Positions 27,371 through 37,870 of a stretch of 63,660 nucleotides of DNA are shown here, one piece after another. The stretch is from Gammaproteobacteria bacterium (lineage in GTDB: Bacteria; Pseudomonadota; Gammaproteobacteria; Eutrophobiales; Eutrophobiaceae), in NCBI GenBank assembly GCA_021773245.1, contig JAJFKK010000088.1, positions 1 through 63,660 on the forward strand, read 5' to 3'. Below the pieces are notes generated by a model. It was given only the letters and a program-made list of their open reading frames with translations. It was not told where the DNA came from and made no database searches. A program made the translations under genes and the position numbers. Every line of letters begins with the position of its first letter. The stretch's first letter is position 1.

Positions 27371-29962
27371 ATGCGACCCGACAAATTAACGACGAAATTA
27401 CAAATGGCACTGGCTGAAGCTCAAAGTTTGGCCGTAGGTCGTGAGCATCAGTATATAGAACCCGTTCATTTAACCCATGCCTTACTCAATCAGGAAGGTG
27501 GGACGCTGCCTCATATACTTTCTACTTCAGGGATCAACCTGAATAAGCTAGGCAGTGAGATCATCAAACTTCTGGATTCTATGCCAACAGTTAGTGGATC
27601 TGCCGGCGATGTTCATATCAGTCGCGATTTGGATCGATTACTAAACGTAATGGATAAAGCCGCTCAAGATCGAGGTGACGACTTTATTGCAAGTGAGCTT
27701 ATTGCCGTAGCTGCATTAGAAGATAAAGGAAGGCTAGGTGAAGTTTTTCGTCAATGTGGTGCTGATAAAACTAAAATTAACACAGCAATTGATTCAATTC
27801 GTGGTGGTGAAAAAATCAGCGATTCTAATGCCGAAGAAAACAGACAAGCTTTAGAAAAATATACTACCGATGTCACTAGCAGAGCCGAAAGTGGAAAATT
27901 AGATCCGGTAATAGGTCGCGACGAAGAGATACGCCGTACTATCCAGGTTTTACAACGACGTACTAAGAATAATCCTGTGTTAATTGGTGAGCCAGGTGTT
28001 GGCAAGACCGCTATTGTTGAAGGCCTGGCACAGCGCATTGTTAATGGTGAAGTCCCTGAATCAATGAAAAACAAAAGATTATTATCACTTGATATGGCAG
28101 CGTTAATTGCCGGTGCTAAATTTCGAGGTGAATTTGAAGAACGTTTAAAAGCCGTATTGAATGATCTTTCAAAACAGGAAGGCCAAATAATATTATTTAT
28201 CGATGAAGTTCATACCATGGTTGGCGCTGGTAAAGCTGAAGGAGCCATGGATGCGGGCAATATGCTTAAACCTGCATTAGCAAGAGGCGAACTTCATTGT
28301 ATCGGCGCTACTACTCTAAATGAATATCGCGACAATATTGAAAAGGATGCAGCACTGGAACGGCGCTTTCAAAAGGTTCTGGTTAATGAACCCACTGTTG
28401 AAGATACCATTGCAATTCTTCGTGGACTGAAAGAACGCTATGAAGTACACCACAATGTGCAAATCACCGATCCTGCGATTATTGCCGCAGCAACTTTATC
28501 TAACCGATATATTACTGACCGACAATTACCGGATAAGGCAATCGATTTGATTGATGAATCAGCAAGCCGAATTAGTATTGAAATAGATTCAAAACCTGAG
28601 TCTATGGATCGACTCGAACGCAAAGTCATTCAAATGAAAATCGAACGTGAAGCATTAAAAAAAGAAACAGACGATGCATCCAAAAAGAGATTAGAACTAC
28701 TTGAAACGGATATTAAAAAAATAGAACACGAATTTATGGAACTTAATGAAATATGGATCTCCGAAAAAGCTGCCTTACAAGGCACGCACAATATTAAGGA
28801 AAAACTTGAACAAGCCAGAATTAAGTTTGATGCCGCAAAACGTTCCGGCGATTTAAATCAAATGTCCGAACTTCAGTATGGTGTTATCCCGGAACTTGAA
28901 AAACAATTGGATATGGCTGGACAAGCTGAAATGCAAGATATGAAACTCCTGCGTAACAAGGTTACTGAAAATGAAATTGCAGAAGTTGTAGCAAATTGGA
29001 CAGGTATTCCGGTGAGTAAAATGCTCGAAGGTGAACGCGAAAAACTACTATCAATGGAAAGTATTTTACACAACCGTGTTGTCGGTCAAGAGCAGGCTAT
29101 CACTGCAGTTTCCAATGCCATCCGTCGTTCGCGTGCGGGACTATCCGATCCGGATAAACCTAATGGTAGCTTTCTTTTTCTTGGTCCTACCGGTGTTGGT
29201 AAAACTGAATTATGTAAAAGCCTGACTGAATTTTTGTTTGATAGCGAAGATGCAATGATTCGCATTGATATGTCTGAATATATGGAAAAACATGCTGTCG
29301 CACGATTAATAGGCGCACCCCCAGGTTACGTCGGCTATGAACAAGGTGGCTATTTAACAGAAGCGGTCAGACGTCGCCCATATAGCCTGATATTACTCGA
29401 TGAAGTTGAAAAAGCGCATCCTGATGTGTTTAATATTTTATTACAAGTACTGGATGATGGACGTTTGACTGACGGACATGGCCGTACTGTCGATTTCCGT
29501 AATACTGTGATTGTGATGACATCTAATCTCGGTTCTAATCTGATACAGGAAATGTCTAGTGATTCTGAATATAGCAATATGAAAGAAATAGTTATGCATG
29601 AGGTCAGTAATCATTTCAGACCTGAATTTCTAAACAGGATTGATGATGTCGTTGTTTTTCATGCTTTATTAGAAAGACAAATACAGGCAATCGCAGAAAT
29701 TCAACTTAGTCATCTACAAAAACGGCTATCAGAACAGGAGATTACATTAGAAGTAAGTGCTGACGCACTTATTGAACTTGGAAAAGCTGGTTTCGATCCT
29801 GTTTATGGTGCCCGTCCGCTAAAACGTGCAATTCAAGATAAAATTGAAACACAAATTGCAGAAAAAATTCTGCTTGGCCAATACCAAGCAGGTTCATTGA
29901 TAAAAGTCGGTATAGCTGAAGGACAATTACAATTTTCCGATCTTGAATCAAATGCAGCGTGA
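27371..29962 (+). CDS. clpB: ATP-dependent chaperone ClpB
   Basis: 863 aa. Two AAA+ modules (GEPGVGKT and GPTGVGKT) are separated by a long coiled-coil middle domain. A Clp_N domain is present. Confidence 0.97.
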   Translation: MRPDKLTTKLQMALAEAQSLAVGREHQYIEPVHLTHALLNQEGGTLPHILSTSGINLNKLGSEIIKLLDSMPTVSGSAGDVHISRDLDRLLNVMDKAAQDRGDDFIASELIAVAALEDKGRLGEVFRQCGADKTKINTAIDSIRGGEKISDSNAEENRQALEKYTTDVTSRAESGKLDPVIGRDEEIRRTIQVLQRRTKNNPVLIGEPGVGKTAIVEGLAQRIVNGEVPESMKNKRLLSLDMAALIAGAKFRGEFEERLKAVLNDLSKQEGQIILFIDEVHTMVGAGKAEGAMDAGNMLKPALARGELHCIGATTLNEYRDNIEKDAALERRFQKVLVNEPTVEDTIAILRGLKERYEVHHNVQITDPAIIAAATLSNRYITDRQLPDKAIDLIDESASRISIEIDSKPESMDRLERKVIQMKIEREALKKETDDASKKRLELLETDIKKIEHEFMELNEIWISEKAALQGTHNIKEKLEQARIKFDAAKRSGDLNQMSELQYGVIPELEKQLDMAGQAEMQDMKLLRNKVTENEIAEVVANWTGIPVSKMLEGEREKLLSMESILHNRVVGQEQAITAVSNAIRRSRAGLSDPDKPNGSFLFLGPTGVGKTELCKSLTEFLFDSEDAMIRIDMSEYMEKHAVARLIGAPPGYVGYEQGGYLTEAVRRRPYSLILLDEVEKAHPDVFNILLQVLDDGRLTDGHGRTVDFRNTVIVMTSNLGSNLIQEMSSDSEYSNMKEIVMHEVSNHFRPEFLNRIDDVVVFHALLERQIQAIAEIQLSHLQKRLSEQEITLEVSADALIELGKAGFDPVYGARPLKRAIQDKIETQIAEKILLGQYQAGSLIKVGIAEGQLQFSDLESNAA

Positions 29963-30103
29963 TTACTCATCATTAATATGGATATTTAATTGAAAAATTT
30001 CATAATTTCATCCTATTTATTAATTAAAACAGTTGGTTATTTGCCTCATATACTCTAATATCTAACTGAAAACACTTGATAAAATAGGTCAAGAAATTCA
30101 GAA

Positions 30104-31819
30104 ATGTCGACTCCAGCAAAAAAAATTAATCTCAGTGGTCTAGCACGAAAACTAGTGCTTGATGGTCATCTTGATGAAGAAAAAGCTCAAAACTCACTTG
30201 CAGAAGCTCAAAAAAAGAAAAAAGCTTTTGTTAGTATTCTTGTTGAAAACAAACTAATCCCTAGTAGCACAATCGCTTTAGCCGCAGCTCAAGAATTTGG
30301 CGCGCCATTAGTCGATATCAATCTATTAGAAATTGACCCCGACGTTATCAAGCTAGTCAAAGAAGACTTAATTAAAAAACATAATGCCCTGCCAATTTTC
30401 AAACGGGGCAAACGTCTTGCTGTTGCCGTATCTGATCCAACTAACATTCAAGCTCTTGACGAAATTAAATTTGCTACTAGTTTGACTACAGATGCGATTG
30501 TAGTAGAGGAAGATAAACTAGCCAAAACCATTGAAAAAATGCTCGAAGAAGCTGATGGTGGTTTGGGAAATATGGATGATGAAGATTTTGATGATCTGGA
30601 TGATCTGGAAGTTGCTGAAGATGGACCGCAAGAACAGGATGATTCTGATGTTGATGACGCACCAGTCGTACGTTTTGTAAATAAATGTTTACTGGATGCC
30701 ATCAAAAAAGGAGCTTCCGATCTTCACTTTGAACCATACGAAAAAACTTACCGAGTCCGCTTCCGTATTGATGGCGTCTTAATGGAGGTTGCAAAACCGC
30801 CAATGAGCCTCTCAAATAAAATTGCTGCACGTATTAAAGTTATGTCTCGACTTGATGTGTCGGAACGACGTGTACCGCAAGATGGTCGTATTAAACTTAA
30901 ATTATCAAAAACAAAATCAATCGATTTTCGTGTTAGCACTTGTCCTACTTTATTTGGCGAAAAAAGTTGTATGCGTATTCTTGATTCAGATGCCGCAGCA
31001 CTTCAGATCGACCAGCTGGGTTACGAAGATCATCAAAAAGAAATGTTCCTGAGTAACCTACATAAACCCTATGGCATGTTTCTAGTTACAGGACCAACTG
31101 GTAGCGGAAAAACTGTATCGCTATATACAGGAATTAATATACTGAATCAGGTTGATATCAATATTTCTACTGCTGAAGATCCTGTTGAAATTAATCTGCC
31201 AGGCGTCAATCAAGTACAGGTTGATGAGCGAACAGGAATGACTTTTGAAAAAGCATTAAAAGCTTTCTTACGTCAAGATCCAGATATTATATTGGTTGGT
31301 GAGGTTCGGGATTTAGGTACTGCATCTATTGCGGTTAAAGCAGCACAAACAGGTCATATGGTAATGTCTACATTACATACAAATGATGGACCACAAACAT
31401 TGACCCGTTTACAAGATATGGGCATTCAAGCGTTTGCTGTTGCAACTGCTATCAACCTAATTACCGCGCAACGCCTATTACGACGTCTTAACCCCAACAA
31501 TCGTGTACCGTTAGAAATGCCAGATGATGCCTTAAAAGATGAAGGTTTTCCTGATGATATGATTGAAAAAGGAATTAGTTTATTTGAACCAGGTGAAATA
31601 ACTGACGATAACCCAGGGTATAAGGGACGTGCGGGGATATATCAAGTCATGCCTATTTCAGAAGATATGAAACGCTTAATTATTGAAGGTGCCAATGCGA
31701 TACAGTTGGCTGATCAATCTGCATCTGAAGGTATCTGGGATATTCGAACCTCTGGATTAAAAAAGGCTGCTGATGGAATCACTAGCCTGACTGAAGTTAA
31801 CCGAGTAACTGTTGAGTAA
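30104..31819 (+). CDS. pilB: Type IV pilus assembly ATPase PilB
   Basis: 571 aa. N-terminal GSPII_E_N-like domain and an acidic linker. GspE-type ATPase with Walker A GPTGSGKT, LRQDPDI and HTND boxes. Confidence 0.95.
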   Translation: MSTPAKKINLSGLARKLVLDGHLDEEKAQNSLAEAQKKKKAFVSILVENKLIPSSTIALAAAQEFGAPLVDINLLEIDPDVIKLVKEDLIKKHNALPIFKRGKRLAVAVSDPTNIQALDEIKFATSLTTDAIVVEEDKLAKTIEKMLEEADGGLGNMDDEDFDDLDDLEVAEDGPQEQDDSDVDDAPVVRFVNKCLLDAIKKGASDLHFEPYEKTYRVRFRIDGVLMEVAKPPMSLSNKIAARIKVMSRLDVSERRVPQDGRIKLKLSKTKSIDFRVSTCPTLFGEKSCMRILDSDAAALQIDQLGYEDHQKEMFLSNLHKPYGMFLVTGPTGSGKTVSLYTGINILNQVDINISTAEDPVEINLPGVNQVQVDERTGMTFEKALKAFLRQDPDIILVGEVRDLGTASIAVKAAQTGHMVMSTLHTNDGPQTLTRLQDMGIQAFAVATAINLITAQRLLRRLNPNNRVPLEMPDDALKDEGFPDDMIEKGISLFEPGEITDDNPGYKGRAGIYQVMPISEDMKRLIIEGANAIQLADQSASEGIWDIRTSGLKKAADGITSLTEVNRVTVE

Positions 31820-31825
31820 AATATT

Positions 31826-33046
31826 ATGGCTGATGTAAAAAAAGCAGATATGTATGCCTGGGAGGGAATGGATAAAGCAGGCAAACGTGTTAAGGGAGAG
31901 TTAAGTGCTCAAAGTGAAGCTTTAGCAAAAGCTACTCTTAGACGTCAAGGCATTAACCCTCTTAAAGTTAAGAAGAAATCCAAGCCTTTATTAGGTGGAG
32001 GTGGCGGTAAAATAACTCCAAAAGATATCACTGTCTTTAGTCGGCAGTTAGCAACGATGATGTCATCTGGTGTCCCTTTAGTACAAGCTTTTGAGATTGT
32101 TGGCCGCGGCCATGAAAACCCAGCAATGCAGGACTTAATTTTAGGCATTAAAGCTGATGTTGAATCAGGTAACAATCTTACTGAGGCACTTAAGAAAAAA
32201 CCTCTACAATTTAATGATCTCTACTGCAATCTAGTTGAAGCAGGTGAACACGCAGGTATTCTTGAAGCGATCCTCCATAAACTTGCCACTTATATGGAAA
32301 AAACCGAAGCTTTAAAGTCAAAAATAAAAGCTGCGTTATTTTATCCTTCTGCTGTTATCGCGATGGCAGCGATAGTTGTAACTATTTTAATGGTATTTGT
32401 AATACCACAATTTTCTGAATTATTTTCTAATTTTGGTGCTGAGTTACCCGCATTGACTCAATTATTAGTCGACACATCAAATATTTTCGTTGATTGGTGG
32501 TGGGCTATGTTTGGCATTGCTGGTGGTACTATTTTCGGTTTAATGGAATTAAAAAAGAGATCTAAAGGACTACAACAATTTCTTGATCGTGCTGTATTAA
32601 AAATGCCCGTACTTGGAGAAGTTATGGAAAAAGCGGCTATAGCTCGATTTGCTCGAACATTAGAAACAATGTTTGCAGCAGGCACGCCTTTAGTAGAAGC
32701 CATGACTTCGGTCGCTGGCGCTTGTGGCAATATCGTTTTTTATGATGCTACTATGAAAATGAGAGACGAAATAGCAACAGGAACTCAGCTTCAATCATCA
32801 ATGAGAGATACCGGTTTATTCCCCAATATGGTCGTCCAAATGGTAGCTATCGGAGAAGAATCTGGTGCTATTGATACTATGCTAGGCAAAGTTGCCGACT
32901 GGTACGAACAGGAAGTTGATGATGCTGTTGAAGGCCTTACAAGTTTACTTGAACCTATGATCATGGCTTTTCTTGGTGTTGTCATCGGTACTATTGTTAT
33001 TGGTATGTATCTTCCAATTTTCCAAATGGGTCAAGTTGTATCTTAA
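31826..33046 (+). CDS. pilC: Type IV pilus platform protein PilC
   Basis: 406 aa. Duplicated GspF domains and three TM segments. It lies immediately downstream of pilB. Confidence 0.95.
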   Translation: MADVKKADMYAWEGMDKAGKRVKGELSAQSEALAKATLRRQGINPLKVKKKSKPLLGGGGGKITPKDITVFSRQLATMMSSGVPLVQAFEIVGRGHENPAMQDLILGIKADVESGNNLTEALKKKPLQFNDLYCNLVEAGEHAGILEAILHKLATYMEKTEALKSKIKAALFYPSAVIAMAAIVVTILMVFVIPQFSELFSNFGAELPALTQLLVDTSNIFVDWWWAMFGIAGGTIFGLMELKKRSKGLQQFLDRAVLKMPVLGEVMEKAAIARFARTLETMFAAGTPLVEAMTSVAGACGNIVFYDATMKMRDEIATGTQLQSSMRDTGLFPNMVVQMVAIGEESGAIDTMLGKVADWYEQEVDDAVEGLTSLLEPMIMAFLGVVIGTIVIGMYLPIFQMGQVVS

Positions 33047-33125
33047 AAAAACAATAGAGCTTAACCAACATGTTGTACCTTAGAGTTATTCATTAATAAG
33101 AGCAGCATAATTAACTAGCAAGAGA

Positions 33126-34004
33126 GTGTTCGTGACCTTAATCCTTGAATTATTTCAAAGTTCGCTTGTATCTTACCTTATCAGTATCTTTATTTTAGGA
33201 TTACTCGTTGGCAGTTTTCTGAATGTTGTTATACATCGCTTACCAATAATGATGGAAGGCGAATGGAAAGAGCAATGTTGTGAACTACTTAACATTGATG
33301 CCCCTGAGAAAAATGAAACAAAATTCAATCTTATAACTCCGCGCTCACGTTGTCCTGCTTGTAATAGCCAGATAAAAGCGATTGAAAACATACCTGTTAT
33401 TAGTTATTTAATATTAAGAGGTAAGTGCAGCAATTGTAAAAACAAAATATCTGTACGCTACCCGTTGATCGAGCTGACTAGCGCAATACTGGTAACTATC
33501 GTCGCATTCTATTTTGGAGTTTCATTACAAACTCTTTTTGCAATTTGTCTTACCTGGGCATTGCTTTCTTTAAGCATGATTGATTTTGACCATCAATTAC
33601 TTCCTGACGATATTACCTTGCCTTTTCTCTGGCTAGGTATTTTTCTTAATTTATTTGATGTATTTACAGATATTGAATCAAGTATTCTTGGCGCCATATT
33701 TGGATACGGAATACTTTGGCTTGTTTATATTTCATTTAAACTAATTACTGGAAAAGAGGGAATGGGACATGGAGATTTTAAACTTCTAGCTGTGTTAGGT
33801 GCATGGTTTGGTTGGCAATACCTTCCTTTAATAATCATACTTTCATCTGCTGTTGGTGCTACTATCGGTATCGCATTAATAATTTTTAAATCTCATAATA
33901 GAAGTACAACAATACCATTTGGTCCCTATCTAGCAATTGCAGGTTGGGTTTCTATGTTATGGGGACCGTTTATTATGTCTACTTATTTAAATGCAATAAT
34001 TTAA
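33126..34004 (+). CDS. pilD: Prepilin peptidase / N-methyltransferase PilD
   Basis: 292 aa. Cys pairs are CPAC...CSNC. The A24 peptidase catalytic Asp contexts are LSMIDFD and GHGDFKLL. The start could be the second GTG at 33132. Confidence 0.93.
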   Translation: MFVTLILELFQSSLVSYLISIFILGLLVGSFLNVVIHRLPIMMEGEWKEQCCELLNIDAPEKNETKFNLITPRSRCPACNSQIKAIENIPVISYLILRGKCSNCKNKISVRYPLIELTSAILVTIVAFYFGVSLQTLFAICLTWALLSLSMIDFDHQLLPDDITLPFLWLGIFLNLFDVFTDIESSILGAIFGYGILWLVYISFKLITGKEGMGHGDFKLLAVLGAWFGWQYLPLIIILSSAVGATIGIALIIFKSHNRSTTIPFGPYLAIAGWVSMLWGPFIMSTYLNAII

Positions 34005-34006
34005 CT

Positions 34007-34627
34007 ATGTCAGCCACATTACGCGTTGCGTTAACTGGCGGCATCGGTTCAGGTAAGTCAACAGTAGCATCTCAATTTCAACAACTTGGTGTACCAATAA
34101 TCGATTCTGATGTCATTTCTAGAGATATTGTTAGTCCTAAAAATCCTTGTTTTAATAATGTAATAAAAGAATTTGGTTCAGATATTCTGGATATGCATGG
34201 AACTATAGATAGAAGTAAATTACGTAAGATAATCTTTAACGACAATTTAGCAAAACAAAAGCTTGAGGAAATATTACACCCTGCTATTTACCTTGAAATA
34301 GAAAATCAAATCTCTAATACAAGATATCCATATTGCTTAATAGTCGTGCCACTTCTTATAGAAACACAAGCGACAAGTCGCTTTGACAAAGTGCTAGTTG
34401 TTGATACAACAGAAGCTTTACAGATTACAAGAGCCAGCTGTAGAGATAATTTATCAACTGATAATATTAAAAAAATAATTAAAAGTCAGGCTAGCCAGAA
34501 ACAACGTCTAGAATTCGCAGATGATGTCATTAATAATTCGCTTACAATTGAAGAACTTAAAGCACATGTTGCTATTTTACACGAGAAGTACATGAATCTA
34601 AGTAGCTATAATTTCCAAAAAAATTAA
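34007..34627 (+). CDS. coaE: Dephospho-CoA kinase
   Basis: The start is moved to ATG 34007 (MSATLRVALTGGIGSGKST), 3 nt after the pilD stop. The ORF-track extension from 33944 overlaps pilD. The P-loop is GGIGSGKS. Confidence 0.9.
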   Translation: MSATLRVALTGGIGSGKSTVASQFQQLGVPIIDSDVISRDIVSPKNPCFNNVIKEFGSDILDMHGTIDRSKLRKIIFNDNLAKQKLEEILHPAIYLEIENQISNTRYPYCLIVVPLLIETQATSRFDKVLVVDTTEALQITRASCRDNLSTDNIKKIIKSQASQKQRLEFADDVINNSLTIEELKAHVAILHEKYMNLSSYNFQKN

Positions 34628-34664
34628 TAATCAAATCTATAAATAATTCGATTAAAAAATAGTA

Positions 34665-35438
34665 ATGAGCAATAAATTAATATTCGAACAACCTCTAAAC
34701 GAAAGAATGAGAAATTTATTACGTTTAGAACACTTGTTTGATCTTATTGCATTTCGTTCAAAAGATACTATAAGCAATTGGGATTGTAGAGATATTCTAA
34801 AATCACTACTTGAAGTAAACGATTTATTAAGCCGATCTGATTTTAAAACAGAATTAATTAAAGAGTTAGAACGCCATTCATCTATGTTAACTACTCTTGA
34901 AAGTAACCCCGCAGTTGATCAAACTAGATTAAAGAAAGTCAGTAGTGATTTTTACGAATTATCAGCGATACTAAAAAATAGTTCATTTCAACCAGGAAGC
35001 ACATTAAAAAATGATGAGTTAGTAACAAGTTTTAAACAACGTACTAGTATTCCGAGTGGTACATGTAATTTTGATTTACCTCGAATCCACTATTGGCTTA
35101 ATCAAGCAACAAATAAACAGGAACAAGATTTAAAAAATTGGTCAACAGATATAGAACCAATTAAAAAAGCGACTTATTTAGCGTTAGACATGATTAGAAA
35201 TAGTACTAATCCAATTAAAGAAGTAGCTAATGCAGGTTTTTACCAACAACCTATTGAATCTAATTTACCGTGCCAGTTAATCAGATTAGTTCTCCCTGCT
35301 GCTAGCCGCTATTATCCAGAAATAAGTGGTGGCAAACATAGATTTACTATTCGTTTTATGGAAGAAACCTCAACCAATAACAGGCCTAGCCAAACTGACA
35401 ATGATGTTGATTTCGAACTTCACTGTTGTTCGTTATGA
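34665..35438 (+). CDS. zapD: Cell division protein ZapD
   Basis: 257 aa. The N-terminus IFEQPLNERMRNLLRLEHLF is typical of YacF/ZapD. The coaE-zapD-yacG order is conserved. Confidence 0.85.
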   Translation: MSNKLIFEQPLNERMRNLLRLEHLFDLIAFRSKDTISNWDCRDILKSLLEVNDLLSRSDFKTELIKELERHSSMLTTLESNPAVDQTRLKKVSSDFYELSAILKNSSFQPGSTLKNDELVTSFKQRTSIPSGTCNFDLPRIHYWLNQATNKQEQDLKNWSTDIEPIKKATYLALDMIRNSTNPIKEVANAGFYQQPIESNLPCQLIRLVLPAASRYYPEISGGKHRFTIRFMEETSTNNRPSQTDNDVDFELHCCSL

Positions 35439-35632
35439 GTAAAATTAATGATTGCCCAACATGTGAAAAAAAAGCCGACTTTAGCGCTTCAAATATCTAT
35501 CGTCCTTTTTGTTCCAAACGTTGCAAATTAATTGACCTTGGCCAATGGATTAACGAAACATATTCTATCTCTGATAACAGTTCAAATGCAGATAATAATG
35601 ACCTTACCTCTATAGATGACGTTAAACACTAA
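35435..35632 (+). CDS. yacG: DNA gyrase inhibitor YacG
   Basis: Zinc ribbon CPTC...CSKRC, followed by the IDLGQW motif. ATG 35435 overlaps the zapD stop (ATGA). The ORF-track TTG at 35426 is probably spurious. Confidence 0.85.
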   Translation: MSKINDCPTCEKKADFSASNIYRPFCSKRCKLIDLGQWINETYSISDNSSNADNNDLTSIDDVKH

Positions 35633-36603
35633 CTAAAAATGTTTTTCACAGATGAGTTCGAATTCCATATTGCACTTATCAAAGCTATTCCATAAGCATT
35701 ATATGATTTAGCAACCTTCAAATCTGCTAGTTGCATACCACCTAGTGCATAGACTGGGAAATCTACAAGCTTTCTCATCTTATAAAACTTATCCCAACCT
35801 ATAGCCTCTACTTTCGGGTGACTACTCGTTTTCGCTACAGGAGATAAAAATGCGTAGTTAACGTTTAGTTTTTTCGCTAGAAATAATTCTTCCTGATTAT
35901 GACAAGATGCACCCAATATATATTTTTCTGATATTGGTCTGCTTTCATACTTCGAAAGCTGATTTGATTTTAGATGTAGCCCATGAACTTTATAATGTTC
36001 TACATCTGCAGGAAACCCATTCAATATTAACTTTGAATTATAACTTTTGCTGAGTTTATACAATTCTTCAATTAAAATTGAAAATTCTGGTTCATCTCTC
36101 GAACTTAACCTTAATTGAAATAATTTTAATCCAGAAGAAAAACATTCTTCTACGACAGAAAGTAATTTTGAATATTCGTTACAGGAAGCCTGGCTGATTA
36201 AATAAGTTGAACTTAAAAATAATGTTTGAGTAATATGCTTATTTGCTTCAGGAAATGCATAGTTGTCCAGTTCATTTATTTTAACCCAATCTACTTTCTG
36301 ACCTTCTTTGCTATGAGGTTCCCCATTCCATTTATGAACTTGCCAGACATCAAGTAATACTTTTTTATCAGGGTAATCATAAGAAAAACTAGTTAACCTT
36401 GATGCATCTTCAACTTGAACGCCTAATTCTTCATCTAATTCTCGTTTTAATGCAGAATAAACTTCTTCATTTTTTTCAACTTTACCTCCAGGAAACTCCC
36501 AAAAACCAGCTAGATGCTGACCCGCAGTTCTTTGGCTTATCAAAACCTTTTCTTTATCTAAACTATAAATGATGCCAACAGCAACATGTACTCTTGCATT
36601 CAC
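35629..36603 (-). CDS. Nudix hydrolase (MutT-like) fused to a ThiE/TMP-synthase-like domain
   Basis: 324 aa. The Nudix box is GGKVEKNEEVYSALKRELDEELGV. The C-terminal ~180 aa form a TIM-barrel-like ThiE-type domain ending in VYALGGM. This is the same fusion and position (next to argJ) seen in pseudomonads. Confidence 0.85.
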   Translation of the reverse strand: MNARVHVAVGIIYSLDKEKVLISQRTAGQHLAGFWEFPGGKVEKNEEVYSALKRELDEELGVQVEDASRLTSFSYDYPDKKVLLDVWQVHKWNGEPHSKEGQKVDWVKINELDNYAFPEANKHITQTLFLSSTYLISQASCNEYSKLLSVVEECFSSGLKLFQLRLSSRDEPEFSILIEELYKLSKSYNSKLILNGFPADVEHYKVHGLHLKSNQLSKYESRPISEKYILGASCHNQEELFLAKKLNVNYAFLSPVAKTSSHPKVEAIGWDKFYKMRKLVDFPVYALGGMQLADLKVAKSYNAYGIALISAIWNSNSSVKNIFS

Positions 36604-37824
36604 TCAGGTACGGTATTCTGCGTTAATGGTAATATATTCATGCGATAAATCTGTTGTCCAAATTTCTTCCGAACTAGATCCTCTATTGAGTTTTACTGAT
36701 AGTTTAATCTCATCCTGAGACATAACTTCCTTTCCTTGAAGCTCAGTATAAGTAACTGATCTTTGACCATTTTCAACAATACAAACGTCATCAAGATAGA
36801 CATTTACTTTATCAATATTTAAATCTGGAATATCGGAATTACCTACTGCCGCTAGTATTCTTCCCCAGTTAGGGTCAGAAGCTGTAAAAGCAGTTTTTAC
36901 TAGTGGTGAACCTGCTATTTTATAAGCAACATTAAGACACTCTTGAGTATTTTTTCCTTCACTAACTAAAATTGAAATAAATTTTGTCGCCCCTTCTCCG
37001 TCTCTCACGATAGATTGCGCAAGTTTACTGCAAACATCTGTAATAGCATTTTCAAAAGCAATACAGCCATCATTATTATGTCTATCTATTAATTCATTAT
37101 TTGCTTTGCCTGTAGAGCTAATAACACAAGCATCATTAGTTGATGTATCTCCATCTACTGTAATTCTATTAAAACTTTTATTTATAGCATTGAACAATAT
37201 TTCATTCTGTATTTCTTTATTTATATAAGCATCAGTTGCAATAAAAGAAAGCATTGTTGCCATATTAGGTTTTATCATACCTGAACCTTTAGCTATACCA
37301 GTGATATTAACTGTTACTCCACTTATGTTTACTTCAGTTGATATTGCTTTCGGAATGGTATCTGTTGTCATTATCGCTTTAGCAGCATCAAGCCAATTAT
37401 TATCTGATAAATTTTTAACTAGTTCGGGTAATACCCTTTTTATTTTATCAACGGGTAAATCTTCGCCTATTACACCTGTAGAAAATGGAATTACTTGCTC
37501 AGAATCACAAGAAGTTATTGATGCCAAAGCTTGGCAAGTATCACTTGCGCTAATCATACCTTGCCTACCCGTACCTGCATTCGCATTGCCCGAATTTATT
37601 AATAAATATCGAGGGTTAGCATTACTAATGTTTTTCTTGGCGATTTGAACAGGGGCAGCACAAAATAAATTTTGTGTAAAAACTGCGGAAGTAACACTAT
37701 CTTGATTAAGCTCTATTAATACTAAATCATCTCTTTTATTCGAATATATACCTGCTGATATAGCTGCAAGACGAGTACCATTTATAGATAAAAGATTTTC
37801 TGGTAGTTCTAATCCAACTGACAT
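36604..37824 (-). CDS. argJ: Bifunctional glutamate N-acetyltransferase / amino-acid acetyltransferase ArgJ
   Basis: 406 aa. The autoproteolysis site context is KPNMA|TMLSFIATDA. The TTDT motif is present. The C-terminus is INAEYRT. Confidence 0.95.
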   Translation of the reverse strand: MSVGLELPENLLSINGTRLAAISAGIYSNKRDDLVLIELNQDSVTSAVFTQNLFCAAPVQIAKKNISNANPRYLLINSGNANAGTGRQGMISASDTCQALASITSCDSEQVIPFSTGVIGEDLPVDKIKRVLPELVKNLSDNNWLDAAKAIMTTDTIPKAISTEVNISGVTVNITGIAKGSGMIKPNMATMLSFIATDAYINKEIQNEILFNAINKSFNRITVDGDTSTNDACVISSTGKANNELIDRHNNDGCIAFENAITDVCSKLAQSIVRDGEGATKFISILVSEGKNTQECLNVAYKIAGSPLVKTAFTASDPNWGRILAAVGNSDIPDLNIDKVNVYLDDVCIVENGQRSVTYTELQGKEVMSQDEIKLSVKLNRGSSSEEIWTTDLSHEYITINAEYRT

Positions 37825-37870
37825 TTACTTAACCAATTTCAATCATTAGTTTTAAGACTAAAATGTAATT

